A stretch of DNA of 63,309 nt, the filler included, from Octopus bimaculoides (lineage: Eukaryota), in assembly GCF_001194135.2 (NCBI RefSeq). It is 6 parts of 5 records of this genome, joined end to end, with 100 filler letters (N's around TTAATTAATTAA, not from the genome) between each part and the next. Parts side by side here need not be neighbours in the genome. Positions count along the whole stretch, not along the records: positions 61,117 to 63,309 come from NW_026304958.1; 5 more parts are not named here. One strand, given 5' to 3'. This document shows positions 63,237 through 63,309 of this stretch, piece by piece. The position numbers were made by a program, and so were the translations under genes. Every line of letters begins with the position of its first letter. Positions within the stretch are counted from its first letter, which is position 1. The notes below the pieces were generated by a model that did not search any database, was not told where the DNA came from, and worked only from the letters and a program-made list of their open reading frames with translations.

Positions 63237-63309
63237 CATTTATTTATTTATATATATATTTATTTATATATATATTTACTTATACATATTTATTTAATTA
63301 TTTATATAT

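Overview
AT-rich, microsatellite-saturated eukaryotic draft-assembly DNA with many N gaps. SINE families, LINE types and repeat content point to an octopus/coleoid cephalopod (inference, no database check). There are no prokaryotic features: no CRISPR, operons, rRNA or intact tRNA. Reading splice sites by hand gives two spliced genes that the ORF track mostly misses. Gene A is a minus-strand gene with 8 phase-compatible exons (18015->7766, 303 codons, 3' end not found, no recognisable domain). Gene B is a complete 3-exon plus-strand gene (31198-33380) for a 190-aa single-pass membrane protein. Exons of a possible third, minus-strand gene lie at 34.0-41.7 kb. The rest is tRNA-derived SINEs, decayed LINEs (RTE, L1/Tx1, RLE-type, Penelope) and DNA-transposon relics (mariner, maT DD37D, Tc1 DD36E, Tigger, piggyBac and hAT MITEs). 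The most notable non-coding signal is four minimal type I hammerhead ribozyme motifs of three sequence types (12700-12743, 58638-58683, 59287-59332, 59716-59821). Two of them sit in the inverted terminal repeats of a Penelope-like element whose repeat starts with a tRNA-like Pol III head. Five N44-TTAATTAATTAA-N44 spacers mark artificial scaffold joins, so order across them is uncertain. Transposon relic boundaries are approximate.
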